From: Phoronis australis
Taxonomy: Eukaryota; Animalia; Phoronida
NCBI GenBank assembly: GCA_002633005.1
Contig: NMRA01000324.1
Location: forward strand, 314,624 to 378,623
DNA length: 64,000 nucleotides
Reading direction: 5' to 3'
Under the pieces are notes generated by a model. The model had not been told where the DNA came from and searched no databases. It saw nothing but the letters and a program-made list of their open reading frames with translations. Positions 1-12,593 of the stretch are shown piece by piece; position 1 is the stretch's first letter; each line of letters starts with the position of its first letter. The position numbers were made by a program, and so were the translations under genes.

Positions 1-120
1 GCAGGGGTCTCGAATTTTTGGGTTTGTGGACCTTATTACTAAAAAAATCCGGTAAACGGGGTTTGTTCAAGGCCAATGCATTGTGCATTCGCCCACGGAG
101 CCCCCTGGGTGCGCGCATAT
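1..120 (+). mobile_element. 3' fragment of a small MITE, same family as 57109-57344
   Basis: Shares gacctt.ttactaaaaaaa..aaacgggg..tgttca..tgcattc and the terminus gagccccctgggtgcgcgcat with 57140-57344. Confidence 0.65.
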
Positions 121-127
121 GCTAATC

Positions 128-216
128 AGCAATTAGCACCCCGAACTGACAAATGGTATCTGGGAGAATTTTAGGGGGGCATGGCCCCCTTGGCCCCCTG
201 CTGGAATCCGCCATTG
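128..216 (-). mobile_element. Fragment of hAT-like MITE (CARTGGCGGAT terminus)
   Basis: Reverse complement reads caatggcggattccagcagggggccaagggggccatg...tcagttcgggg, matching the left part of the copies at 7713 and 58047. Confidence 0.65.
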
Positions 217-1594
217 AAACTGTGATAGATGCAAAAAACATCTGAACTGAATTTTCTGCTATCTTGCGTGTGAAATACTCGGTTTCCTGTGTTTTTATGA
301 AAATGTCTATAAACCTTCCGCAAATACATCATTCTATGCGTTGTCGGTGAAAACTAAAAAACATTGGTATCCATAATGCGAGAATATTCAGACATCCATA
401 TGCACATCTGGGCGTGTGCTGTTCAGGGACTTTCCCGAATGAGAAGCGTAAGAAAAGTTATTCAACAACGCCAATTTCACCGGTAGTCGCCTATCCTTAT
501 CTAACCTCGTTTCACAGCATCTAACCAATACCATTTCAATACATCTCTTTTTTATGAGTAACTACTTTGCTGTCTGATTTGTTCGGGTTTGGTGATATAC
601 ACTGTATGGAGATGCAGTTGTCTCCTAACGGCTCAATACACCTATAATTGTTTTTCTTATTAAAATTCATTGAATTGAGATGCGTCGGGACACGATCAAC
701 CGACTTTGAGAACATTAGAAAACTAAATTTCAATCAGACCCACACATTAAAATTTCAGAATTCGAGTTCCGAGTTATGTATAACTGAAGACTTACTTTAG
801 AGATTTTTTACTCAAGCATAATGCATTGTGAAACGGTGAGTATATGCACATGTTATTGGCAGCGTTATCGTCAGTGTCAAAGGAAACCAACGTGCCTTGT
901 TGTGCTTCTCACTATTTTCTGTAAAGTAACAAAATTAAAGCTCTCTTGATATGTTCGATCGCCTATTTTAAGATTTCAAAACTGTATTTTGAATCCTCGC
1001 ATACATTTGTTACTATGCAGTCATTGGCCGGTTGCATAATTTTGGTGAGGTGTCCTACTTCTAGAGCCCGAAGCGGTATGAAGAAGGGTGATTGCCTGAC
1101 TTTTTATGGTTTTATTTTGTAGAGCTAAGATACATCTAATCACTGGTTGTAGTTTTCTTGTTTTAAATTTGGCTTCAGCTGAGATATTGAGGAAGGAAAT
1201 AGGGCAAATTTCAACATTTTGGAATCACTACGAACTAGCTAAACTGGTAGCCTTCAAAAACGGTTAAGATGTAACTGAAACCTTGACATTTTCTATGACT
1301 GGCAAGTTGAAAGACACCCCGATTCAGTGATAAACTTGAAGTGTTTCATTTTGCACTATTGTTCTCAAGGTAAGTTCGCAAAAAGTGCCAAAATGTAGCT
1401 GTAACGAGGCTTGGAATTGGCAGAAAAACAACACGTTCCCATAGCAACCACAAGGTGGCGCACGCAAAAAAATTAATGTTGGTATGAAGGTTGGGGCATC
1501 AACCCCTACCATCATGCAAACAATCGAGGAAATCCGTGACATAGCCTTTATCACTTTTTGCCTGGTCCATTCGTGGACGTGCTCTTAAGTTTTC

Positions 1595-2780
1595 AATTGA
1601 ATTGGAGTTACGCAAGTTTTACTGTGCCTAACAATAGTTAACATGTTGACTGGTGAGAGTTATCTTGGGTGCATTGTGACCTATTCCGGGGATATTCCAT
1701 TTACTAGTAGAGGGATGTCCTTTCGTATTCAATAATTAGGATCCTCCCGAAAAGCATGAGCAATCGGTTAAAATAGGTAGTCAAAACCAAGCGATGGAAA
1801 AGTTACATTATCATTGGTGAATCATAGTTTTGAGAACCGGCAATAGGAAATTGCAAATTGTTGACCGACATTTCCAAATCAGGAACTAGCAAGATTTGCT
1901 ACGAAAACAGAAACATAGGCACAAACAACCATAGGCAGTGATCATAGTCTCTTGATAACGGGAGTATTTGCTCGAGTTAGAAGGAATTTAATACATCGAC
2001 GGCCTCCTACGGTGTCCCTTCTTGCGCAAAAGGTATTTATAACAATGTTGCATTCTGTGCGAGGCACAATTCGCCGAAAATCTTCAGGCGTACGAAGCGC
2101 CTACGGGAGCTTCGCAGTATCTACTGTGGAGCCAATAGGGCGGTGGTCGCTGTCTAACTCAACAAATTCGAATACATCCAACATGCGTGGATGCTCACTG
2201 ACACAACCTCAAAGACCTCAGGAATACGATAAATTTCTAGCGTTATGTGAACGTTATGACTTACAGGCAGTATGTTACTCATTAGACTAATAAGATTAGA
2301 TAATCCACTCACAGATTTTACAGTTCATGTAGGCATGTGACAATGTGAGTGGATAACAGTTGCACTAAACTTTACACGTTGGATATCAATCACAGCACCG
2401 ATTGTGGCCAATCGATTTTAGACCGCTATCTGGCACCAACCTGACTTCCACAACTGCTGAAATGACATCGTTGTCTTCAAAGCTGACCGTCTGGTGTTAA
2501 ATTCAAACAAATGACTTCCGGTGGAAATTGCCTTACGAAATACAACTCAACACAAAGGTAACTTGCATGGAAACTGCGTTGATTTAAGAACTCCGTAAGT
2601 TCTATTGATTACAATGCACAGATCGGGTAATTGTCACATGTCGGTCATTTCGGTGCATTTATACCGCTCTTCACCAAAGGTTATTGGTCTACATTTAACT
2701 TTACGATGACCTGCGATAATGATTAATGGCAGTTTCAGTAGGTTTTTGAAAGAACCTAAGTTTTGATCTAAAACTAGTAT
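1595..2780 (-). repeat. ~1.2 kb diverged inverted paralog of 56320-57587 (interior of the CACTA-like element)
   Basis: Colinear reverse-complement blocks, e.g. acaatagttaacatgttgactggtgagagt, gattgtggccaatcgattttaga, gacttccggtggaaa, tacaactcaacacaaagg, gtctacatttaa...tgcgataatgatta. Confidence 0.85.
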
Positions 2781-2920
2781 TATTTTCCAACAAACAAATT
2801 TTGTAAGGGTTTCTTCACTGACTTTGCAGAAACATCGCAGGTTGTCGAGAAACTCATTTGATGAATAAAAAATCTAAATGAACAGGAAGCAATGGAGTAA
2901 TTTAGATTTGATAAATATAA

Positions 2921-5670
2921 CACTCGTTTGAAGCTTCTGTTGTACAATGCTTAGGTATAATGGAGTTAATTAAGTTTGACATGTTTTAGAATAGCACTGT
3001 CTTTAAAGAGAACCAAATTATAACATTCGATACACATATTGGGAAAAACAATGCATACATACCGTCAACTGTGTATAACACTACCATCAAGTAGATCCAT
3101 CCTGAAATTTTGAAATTCACTTAAGACACATATAAATGAAATGTTTTACCCGCATGATATAACGAGTGAGGTAACATATAACGTAGATGAAAGACAATTG
3201 CACAATGTCAGCAATTACATTCTAAATATTCCGTGACGTTTTCTCAACGTTCAAAAGAGCATTCAACGAGATCTGTGTTACAATGCAGTCAAATTCGAAT
3301 AAGCAAACCACACCATTAGGATGCATGCCACATCAAAATCAGATTAGCGCTGTTCAGACACATGAATTGTAACCACTTTCAGTGATGAAACTGGTGTCAA
3401 AGCGATTATTAATTAAAGTTTTCAAGACTCCCACGTTCCCACGTTCGAACACAACTACGAGTTTCTGCCTGAAACCTAGGCTTTTCAAAAGGCTGCGTAA
3501 TATTACATGTATAATATCGACAAATTACGAACTGGCCTAAAAGCACTTTCTTCCTGAATAAAAATCTAATTGAATATATAAGAAAGTGGGCATTTCTGGG
3601 CGATCTTACGGTGTTTGAAAAACACAAAAACTGAAAAATTGCTAGTCCGGTCGCTTTTACAGCTCTTGCATTTACTTTTAATATTCGAGACATGTTTGAC
3701 TCATGGCTTGGAGAGAACAACGCACTGGCAGAGAACATGTTTCCATTGATGGCATCCTCTCAATTCTATTGTAATTTTCAATTATTAGGGTTATTTCTCG
3801 ATTTCATGTTCAAGTAACATCAAATTCCCCCTATTAATCAGACCGTAGAACTTGGGTAATTATTGGTCCATGTAAACCAATCTGAAATTTACTTGCAGTT
3901 TATGGACTAGGAGGTGCTTTGAATGGAACTGAAGATGGTGGTCTGTATTGGTTAGTTTCCTGCAAACAGATAGGGAGAAAAATCCGTCGTTGAGACAAAC
4001 AAGACCGCTTATCAAAAACGGGGAGTTGCCCTTGTTATATTCTTGTGTAAATTTAAAGTGGGAGTCTCTCTCATTGATTAACTAAAAATACTCAACTCAG
4101 ATTTCTTTACACTTAACCGTATGTCATCGACATGTTTTAACTACAGGTGGGAGACCTACCGACGTAGCTGTACACAACTTTCCATTCAAAATTCTTTAAT
4201 AATGTGGATTAAAACATTTGGAAAGAACTCGGGAGCCACTAGCAGAGTCTTGAAAGGTACACATATACGTGGGTAGAAAAGTTGCACCTCATTTAAATTG
4301 ATTAATCTACGATTAGCGTCGAGATTGATAATGAGAAGAAAAGATAACTAAGAGCTTGTCACTTGCATTGTGGGTAGTAAGATACTACCTGAAGTGTTGC
4401 GTCATCAGCCAGAGACTGTGACCAGCAAGGAGACTCGCGGGTAGAAGAAATTGCCTGCAAGTGTTGAATCACCAAAGACGGTGACCAACAAGTACACTGT
4501 CGCTATACAGTGTGTGTGTAGTTCGAAGATTCACCAACAGGACAGACACCCAACAAGTGGAGAGTCCTAGCTTGGATAGCAGATAAGACATTTGATCGTT
4601 TGGTTGTTTGATTAAAGTAATCTTTAAAGAGTGCGCTAGCGTAGTTTCTCTTTGTAGTTGATTACTTAATTAACAATAGGTTTCATTTGTCTAGTTAGGA
4701 GTTATCATATAATAAATTAATTACTGGATTTGATTATTCACTCTCCATCTACGCACAACTTCAAAGCATAGCTACATTTTAAACAAACCCACACAGACAA
4801 TCGTCTGACATAGAATTGAGATGAAGTCACCAATGGAAAAATGATCTCTGCCAGTGCGTTGTTCTCTCTGAGCCATGAGCCAAACATGTATCGAATGTTA
4901 AGAATAAATTCAAGAGCAGTAAAAGCGACCAGACTAACAATTTTTCAGATTTTGTGTTTTTCAAACACAATAAGATTGCCCAGAAATGCACCACATTCTT
5001 ATATATTTAATTAGATATTTACTCAGGAGGAAAGTGCTTTTAGACTGTCAAAGTACTGCCGGTTCGTAATTTGTCAAGATTATGATATTACGCAGACATT
5101 TGAAAAGCCTATGTCACAGGCAGCAACTCGTAGTTGTGTTCGAACGAGGAAGTCTTAAAAACTTTAAATAATGATCGCTTTGAGACCAGTTCCATCGCTG
5201 AAAGTGGTTACAATTCATTTGTCTGCACAGCGCCAATCAGATTTTAATGTCGCACGCATCCTAATGGTGTGGTATGCTTACTCGAATTTGATTTCATTGT
5301 AACACAGATCACGTTCAATGCTCCTTTGAACGTCCTGAAAACGTCATGAAATATTTAGAGTGTAATTGCTGACATTGTGCAATTATCTTTCATCTACGTT
5401 ATATGTTACCTCATTTGTTACAACAAGCGGGTAAACCATTTTATTGATATACTTGTATGTCTTAAGCGAATTTCAAAATTTCAGGATGGACCTACTTGAT
5501 GGTAGCGTTTTTCACAGTTGACGATATGTATGCATTGTTTTTTCCCAATACATGTATTGAATATTATATTTCGGTTCAATCTCTTTAAAGACAGTGCTAT
5601 TTTAAAACATGTCAAGCTTGATGAACTCCATTATACATAAGCATTGTATAACGGAAGCTTCAAACAAGTG
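2921..5670. repeat. Long inverted repeat / foldback structure; arms ~2921-3767 and ~4811-5670
   Basis: Arms align continuously as reverse complements, from cactcgtttgaagc/gcttcaaacaagtg to gagaacaacgcactggcagaga/tctctgccagtgcgttgttctc, with scattered substitutions. The spacer contains an LTR. Confidence 0.9.
4340..4810 (+). mobile_element. LTR (3' part) of the Gmr1-like Gypsy family
   Basis: Ends caacttcaaagcatagctac...aatcgtctgaca, as do the LTR pieces at 35325-35385 and 38980-39221. It also aligns to the reverse complement of 15290-15755. Confidence 0.85.
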
Positions 5671-6116
5671 CTTGGGAAACCATCAATACCTATTGATTTT
5701 AGACCAACCGGGAATTTCTATAATTTAGATATGTGTGTATGCGTGTGTGTGTGCCTGTGTTTCATTTGCAAAGATCTTATTGTTTGTAAATATTCGTGTA
5801 TTAAGAAATAAATGTATTAAAAAAACTTTATTGCCGGCACCAAAAGCCGGTAACACAGTGGTTTATTCGTTGCTGGCTTCTCAAAATTTGCACTTATGGA
5901 CACTCCGAGTCATTACAAATTTTATGTAATGAGACAGACTTTGTTTCAGTTTGATATCAGCATAATTCATTCTGAAACACAACCCAGATTATTAAACGTC
6001 TTCATGGCAACTCGCCCAGCGCCAATTCCGACTTAGTCCACAGGTCATCCGACGAAGACTTCACGGGATGGATCGTTAGGTTTCACAGGCTATCAGTTCG
6101 AGCCGGAATACACTGA

Positions 6117-6425
6117 TCAAGAAATACTAGAGAGTCGCCGTGAACATGAACAGGCAACGGAACGTATGGATAGTACTTTGGTAAGCCGGAATTCGTCAAA
6201 GAATTCACTGTCGACGGAATGCCGGCCACAGACACGGGGATGTTTCACGGCCTCATGCTTGCTATTAAGAGCGTGCCTTTCATTCTTCAGTAGCGTGATC
6301 CACTTTCTAAGCATTCCTGGCTGTCGATGAAGTCGAAAAATCAATATACCCGCTTTCTCAGCCGCTTCATAGTTCGGACAAGCAAGAACGGTGCACCGTA
6401 ATATAGCGGCATTCACTCTGCCCAC
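6117..6425 (-). pseudogene. THAP (C2CH zinc finger) domain relic of a DNA transposon
   Basis: CTVLACPN...FRL...RKWI...RVCGRH fits the THAP consensus CxVxxC..FP..W..VCxxHF. The nearby ATG is out of frame. Confidence 0.7.
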
Positions 6426-7712
6426 GAACCACTGGCGTCGCTGCGAAGTTTCTCACGTTTCTTACAGGTTAACGCGACACCTCTCGACAAGGTGAGGTCG
6501 ACCCTATAAGAGGCGATGTGGATATATTCCGATTAACAAGGTAAAAAGACTAATTAAATAGTGGGGCATTCTCCTTTAATAGTTGTACATTTTTACCGAG
6601 TGGACACCAATTCGAAGATTTGTTGAGATATCCAGGTTGTTAGGAATAGGGCAGGATCGGAAGAAGGAATGCTCCAGAATGCTGCACACCACATGTTTTA
6701 TTGGGACGGTAGATGGGTGGTTTTCGTAGATTTCAAGAGATGGGACAAAAGTTATGTAACCCGGCAAGTTATCAAAATCTGCAACTGTCGTACATGAGGA
6801 AAATCAAGATTTTTATATTCTGTTCTTTTAAAGGTTTTCTCATAGTTACACTGTAATACTGCATGGATATATCATGCGTTCAGCTAGCTTGTAATGTGGG
6901 TTTCTCGAGTTTCTAACGATATGTACGATGTACTAACAAAGAGAGTGAGGACTAAGAAAAATTGGGTATCAGGGTGAGAGCTGTGTATAGTGCTTTTGAG
7001 CCTTTTTAGTGGCCTTTGGTTTCCTTTTTCTCGGACTTTTTGTGTTTATGAGGCCCACTTCGCAACAAAGCGGGTGCCCGCATGTTTAGGACAAGGCAGA
7101 TAGAGTTTATGACCATTGAATTTTGTCATTTTCATTTTGTGACGGGGTGTTGTCAATATAAATATTTTGATAAAATAATTGTGTGCCAGTAAATATCGGA
7201 TCAAACTAAATTAAGTGATTAATTTAGAGTTGGTTAAAATCTGACTGTCTCTGAAATGGAGTGCATGCAACACTACGGTACAGAAACTTTGTACCTGCTA
7301 GACATTTCCATTTTAACGGCACGGTGTGATTTTACAGTTTTTCAATGTGTTGCTTCTGTGTGAACACTTTTTGTCCTCGTTCTGGAATGTCAATCAGAAG
7401 GAATTGTGCTTGTTATTGACAGAAAGTTCGCTTCAATTCCGCACATCATGGGTGGATAAAAGAGGTACTTTGATTGGTGTAAAACTTAATATTGATAAAA
7501 ATCAATAATGCGAACGCCTTTTTAAAACTCTAGTTCCGCGACGTTTTATTTTACAGCAGAGCCTATGACACAACTGTTTGAACTCTGAGACTATGTCGTT
7601 TCAAACTCTACCCGCTAAGAAGAATGAGGTACTAGGAGAAGTGCTACTAGATAGTTTACGAAAGGTACCGTATCCCTAAGCAATTTTCCCTGAGACACCT
7701 CAGCAACATTGG

Positions 7713-7874
7713 CAGTGGTGGATTTAGAGGGGGGCCAAGTGGGCCATGTCCTCCAGTAAACTGTTCCAGGTTCCATTGATCAGTTCGGGGTTGTGAAAGT
7801 CTGACTGGTGAAAGCCTGGATAAAACTGCCCTGCCCCCCTCCCCCTACCTAGAAATCCTAAATCTCTGCCCTTG
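7713..7874 (+). mobile_element. hAT-like MITE (CAGTGGYGGAT terminus)
   Basis: Begins cagtggtggatttaga and ends aaatcctaaatctctgcccttg. Homologous to 58047-58211 and 128-216. Confidence 0.6.
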
Positions 7875-9214
7875 GACTGCAGTCATCGATGTAATTATTA
7901 TTCCTTGGTATGACCTGAAGCAGACAAGTCCAATTACCTTTCGGGAAAATGGGTCTGCGAAAATGCATACCTTGACCTCCAGCTTCGGCCGCTCAAGCAG
8001 TGCTGTTCACTGGCACACACGGATAACCGATGTATGTCTGTCTTACCAACCAGTAAAGAGTGTTTTGGTGTCTTGTGTTCTTCTTCTTTATTGAAATACT
8101 TAATGTTAAACACATCACTTTCTATATAACTCTAACGTTTCGCAAATTCTGCTCCAAACTTTTATTCAAACTAGCATATGCCCTCAATTTCGAATATGCA
8201 CTTGTACACAAGCATATGAAATTCCATTGATCAATCATATATGTTGTTGCTTACAATGACACGACTTTGCATGCATGCATACTGATGTTTGTATGCTTAT
8301 CAATTCCCTTGCGTTTCTAATAAGATTTTTGCTACTATGTCACGTGTTTCACATGAGCGCATGCCTCAAATAATTGTTAGAATGAATCAGGTGGCGTTGG
8401 GTCAAGGAATTTTTAGACTCATACTCACAGGCGCTTGAATTTCCCGTTGATCGTATCCATACACTGTATATAAGAAACAAAAAGATTGGACACTTAAATT
8501 TTGCCAAGTCGAGGCGCCCAACTTCAATTGTCCAAAATCCGAATATACAATGTAACTTTCGTCCACCTCCCTCAGTGTGGTATTGTATAAATATTCGAAG
8601 CCTTATCTTTCTTTGATCCCATTAATTGTCCTTGTGAGTGGTCCACTGGCGATGGAATTTCAAAACAATCTTAAAACTCTGAATTCAAGGACCTAAAATA
8701 GTAAAAATGGCGGATTTCAGCTGTGCTTCAACTTGTACGCCTGCCGTAGGTGAAACTTCGAGTTTGAGCAAGGAGTGTAGTAGTATTTTGAGCAAGCAAC
8801 CTACATTTCAAATTCAAGAATTCTAATCCAAAACTCAACTAATTGAGAATGTTAAAGTTAGTATTTAAATGATTTTTTTGTAACTTTATTCCACTGACAG
8901 AATTTTATTGCATCACGCCCTTTATGATTGAAGCACAACACACACTCTCGGCCAGGAAACGCAGTTCGTGCAAGTATTACAATGCGCGTGGCCGACGAGT
9001 TAACTCAATGGTTTTGGCTAAAAGTAAAACCATCATAAGAAATCACAGTACACAAAAACCTTCGCCTATCAATACAGTGTCAGGATAATTTATATTTGAC
9101 ACAAATATCTCAGTAGTTACATTTATTTGACAACGAAATGTTTAATGTGCTCTCTGCTTCTTGTGCTCTCTGCTTTTCATGACCTAGTAGTCGAAGGATT
9201 GACGGCGCACGAAA

Positions 9215-9545
9215 ATAGACTTTCGGATTTATTTCGGGAGCGTCTGCCAAAAACCCGGATGTCCGAAGACCGTCTGCCATGACGTCACGGAATAAGGTCC
9301 ATGGATTTGTGATTTTGGCATTATTTGGCATTTTTGTCGTCAAATCACCACTCGAAGGCAATTTGAAAAAATCAAATTAAAGAAGGCATTCAAAGATTTG
9401 TTCGATGCATGTTTCGCAGAGTTCCGTGCACATTTGAGTAGGAGATTCTCAGCAAACAGATTTTGAGTGTCCAACCTTTATGTTTTCTTAGCATTGAGTG
9501 ACGTCATTTGCGATCGGGGAACAGATAAACCCAAGTGCCTGTGCT
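9215..9545 (+). repeat. Dispersed repeat; inverted copy at 50365-50659 plus 51435-51460
   Basis: Reverse-complement matches: cactcgaaggca/tgccttcgagtg, aaggcattcaaa/tttgaatgcctt, tctgccatga/tcatggcaga, gagtgacgtca/tgacgtcactc. Confidence 0.75.
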
Positions 9546-9974
9546 CATACTAAAATCTTTAGGAATGTTGTGATGTACTGGCTCGCCGGAGAGCTGATCG
9601 TCTTGTCGGTTTATAAACAACTGAAGAATAGGTACTATGCAATTTTAACGACGAAAAAGGTTATTCACTGTCAAGTGTCACTTTTTAAACTTGATACATG
9701 ACACTGAGCCGGCAAAACCTCTCAGTCCTAGCAGCACTCCGTGTGAATTTCAGCCAAAGTGGCAAAGAATTTTGTCTTTGCAATGGCTTATATGACCGTT
9801 TAAGTAATGCGTGGCTCACACGTTAACATTGCCTTAAGTTACAAATGTTTTAAAACCTCGCTGGTATTTAGAAATTCAAATTATTCGGAAAATTCCACAG
9901 TTTCCATAAGGCCACCGTACTTCTGTTTACAATATGGCAGACCTCGTATCACGCGCTGTCTGGCTTGCGAGTTT

Positions 9975-10220
9975 AGTTGTGTTGTCTCTATGTGTATAGC
10001 TCATTGCTACAAGCCATTGACCCTGGAGAAATGTGTATCGCAGTAAATTACTATACGCAAATGTGCCAGTGGATTGTTTGTGTGTGACGAGTAACTAACA
10101 TCTGACTGCGTGGATCACCTACCAGTCTCATTGCTAAGGATGCCCTTTCATAGGCAGCGAATTGTGTGTGGAGAACATTGGTTTCAAGGGACTGAAGCTA
10201 AAGAAGACCTAGTAACACCT
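9975..10220 (+). pseudogene. Possible THAP-domain relic
   Basis: SCVVSMC (~9974) followed in another frame by RIVCGEHWFQG...DLVTP. This resembles the THAP N- and C-terminal motifs but is frameshifted. Confidence 0.4.
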
Positions 10221-11310
10221 TGGCTTAGTTCAGGTTCAGATTTTCGTCTGAAAACTAGTCAAGTGATAAGATGTTGTACCTTCAATGATATAATTGTGGA
10301 CTTTACGGAGGCTGAAGACCGTTACATGAAGGAAAGCCGCGTGCCGAAACAGGACTGTTTTACAAGCGCTGCCATAGGCCAGTGAAACTCAAACCATGTA
10401 AAGTGAGAACCAAAAGCATCTGGTATTAATACCTGTCATTTCTCACTAAGTGACAACTAACTTTTGCTTGAAGAAGAAAGGCTTTGTACTAATGGTAAAA
10501 CTTTTCAACTTTGTACGCATTATTCTGAAATTACATTCATACACTGTCTTATTGCCTGTAAAATCACGTTAATTCACAATATATCTTCAGCTTTAAAGCC
10601 CCATACAGTGCAGCTGTGATGATTTTGTATTAAGTTGAAGTGATTATAGATTACGCTTGTAAATTGTCATTTCCCTGTAGACCTATAAAAATGTCCGCGA
10701 TGAAAACGAAATGTTCCTTTTGATTGTCTTTGATTTGTTTATGTGTGCATTCTTAAGGAGGCCTTTGAAGAGTTTTAAGTTTTGTGTTAACTTGTCTATC
10801 ACAAAAGTTTCTCAAGTAAACAAAGTGTGTTTTCAATCTTAACTTGCTGGATAAGAATCGAACGTGCACAATATTCGAGAATAAACAATAACCAGTGTTT
10901 TTAAAAACAAAATGACAAACTGTACAACCAAGTTAATACAACGGAACAACATTATTTGTTAAAAAACGATTGTAATTTTCCCATTGCAACATAGTCCCTA
11001 ATCAGGGATTCTTTGGGTTGACTTTCTCATTTGAGAGGTTGAATTCCTTCAGGTTATTGCTGTTTAACTGCTTTTTATTTTGTCGGAAGGGGCTATAGAC
11101 GGTAAGGGGGGTGGTTTCAGTCGTTTCCTCTCACCTGTAACAGAATATTCAGAGAAAGTATGAAACAAAACACAAGACAAATTACTTTTGTAAGACAGAA
11201 CTTACGAGAAATTTCATCTGCACGTTGATATATACAAAACTAATAATCTTTGTGCACAAGCCTTAATTAAGATTTGAATCAAAATATTTGAAACAGGCTA
11301 AAAGCCATTT

Positions 11311-11366
11311 TAGGTGTCACGGAAAATACACATTATTAAAATAATGTGTATTTTTCATGGCACCTA
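11311..11366. repeat. Near-perfect ~27-bp-stem palindrome
   Basis: taggtgtcacggaaaatacacattatt-aa-aataatgtgtatttttcatggcaccta. Confidence 0.85.
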
Positions 11367-12185
11367 TAATGTGTTTCTGAACTCAACAAATGAAATTCAT
11401 TCTTGGTGTCTGTGAGTGTTTGGCAAGTCAAGAGGAGTTACATCTTTTAAAAGTGCTTTATTGAGAGACGTGAAACATTTCTCATTGACATTTCCTCAGT
11501 TCTTCTCTGTTTCAGTTCTAAAAATAAAAAACAAAATGCATAGCAAACCTCACAGATACAGACAAAATGCAAATTCGGAAATACCAAATACGAAAACACC
11601 ATGTAAAATACCTCAATACTGCCGCTCCCTGGCTCTCCTCACTGACGCCAAATATGCACTGCCACAATGTAAGTAAATCGAGTCAGCACACAACACTTAT
11701 ACTGAAAAGAGGGTCAGGTCATATGCAAATTACATTCAGTCCATTCAGTCATGAATATACACGTGACCATAAGCCACCCGGAGCAAACAAACGTGAAGTA
11801 TCTTACAGTGTCAATATTTGTTCCAATGCAATGTTGAGATTTTACTGAATAACTCATTCACGTTAATTCGGTAAAAACAATCTGGTAGTCCTAGGGGTGG
11901 GGTTCGCTATAAAATAAGAAAAATCACCTATATAGACAAGTTTATTGGGCATAGCATAGTTTTGTAAAGTAACTGCTGTGAAAAAGTCACCCTTGACTTC
12001 TGAGTGGCACGTCCCACACACCGCTTATATTTGGAGGATTCCCACACAGAACAATAATCGGTAGATACGTGCTGCTAAATAAACCCGTTCTTCAGTGGGG
12101 TAACTGCTGGGATTAACATCAATGAGCGTTGTCGATAGAAACTTAATTGCTAAAAAGTTACAAAGTAACGGGATTATGTAGTCTC

Positions 12186-12389
12186 TCAATGGAAATGCAT
12201 AAAGCACACACACGGGGCGTGAGGCTTCGGCATCCACAAACTTTGTGTCACCGGGTTAATCATTTTGACCGCAATTCTCCACGCCTGTAGTAACTTTGGG
12301 TCTTTTGGTAATTTCGGAACACACGCAGAATTGCACTCGGGAAAAATAGCAATGAAAAGGCTTATTGCGACGACGTATTTTGATAACAA
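12186..12389 (-). pseudogene. THAP-domain relic of a DNA transposon
   Basis: KLPKDPKLLQAWRIAVK...WMPKP...VCFMHF matches THAP FPKD..W..AV..W.P..VCxxHF. A stop follows immediately. Confidence 0.75.
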
Positions 12390-12593
12390 TTACGTTTTTT
12401 TACCAGCTGTTTAGATGTAGTCACCGAAGCATGCGCAATTCAATCACCACTAGTACAGCAGTGACACCACGTCAAATAGCCCCATTGAACTGATAAATCA
12501 TGTCAGTTTTGGTCAACAGTCGAACTGACATTGTGCACATATTGTTTTTAACCACAATATCTTTACTTTTACGGTTTCGTTCATTACATATTA

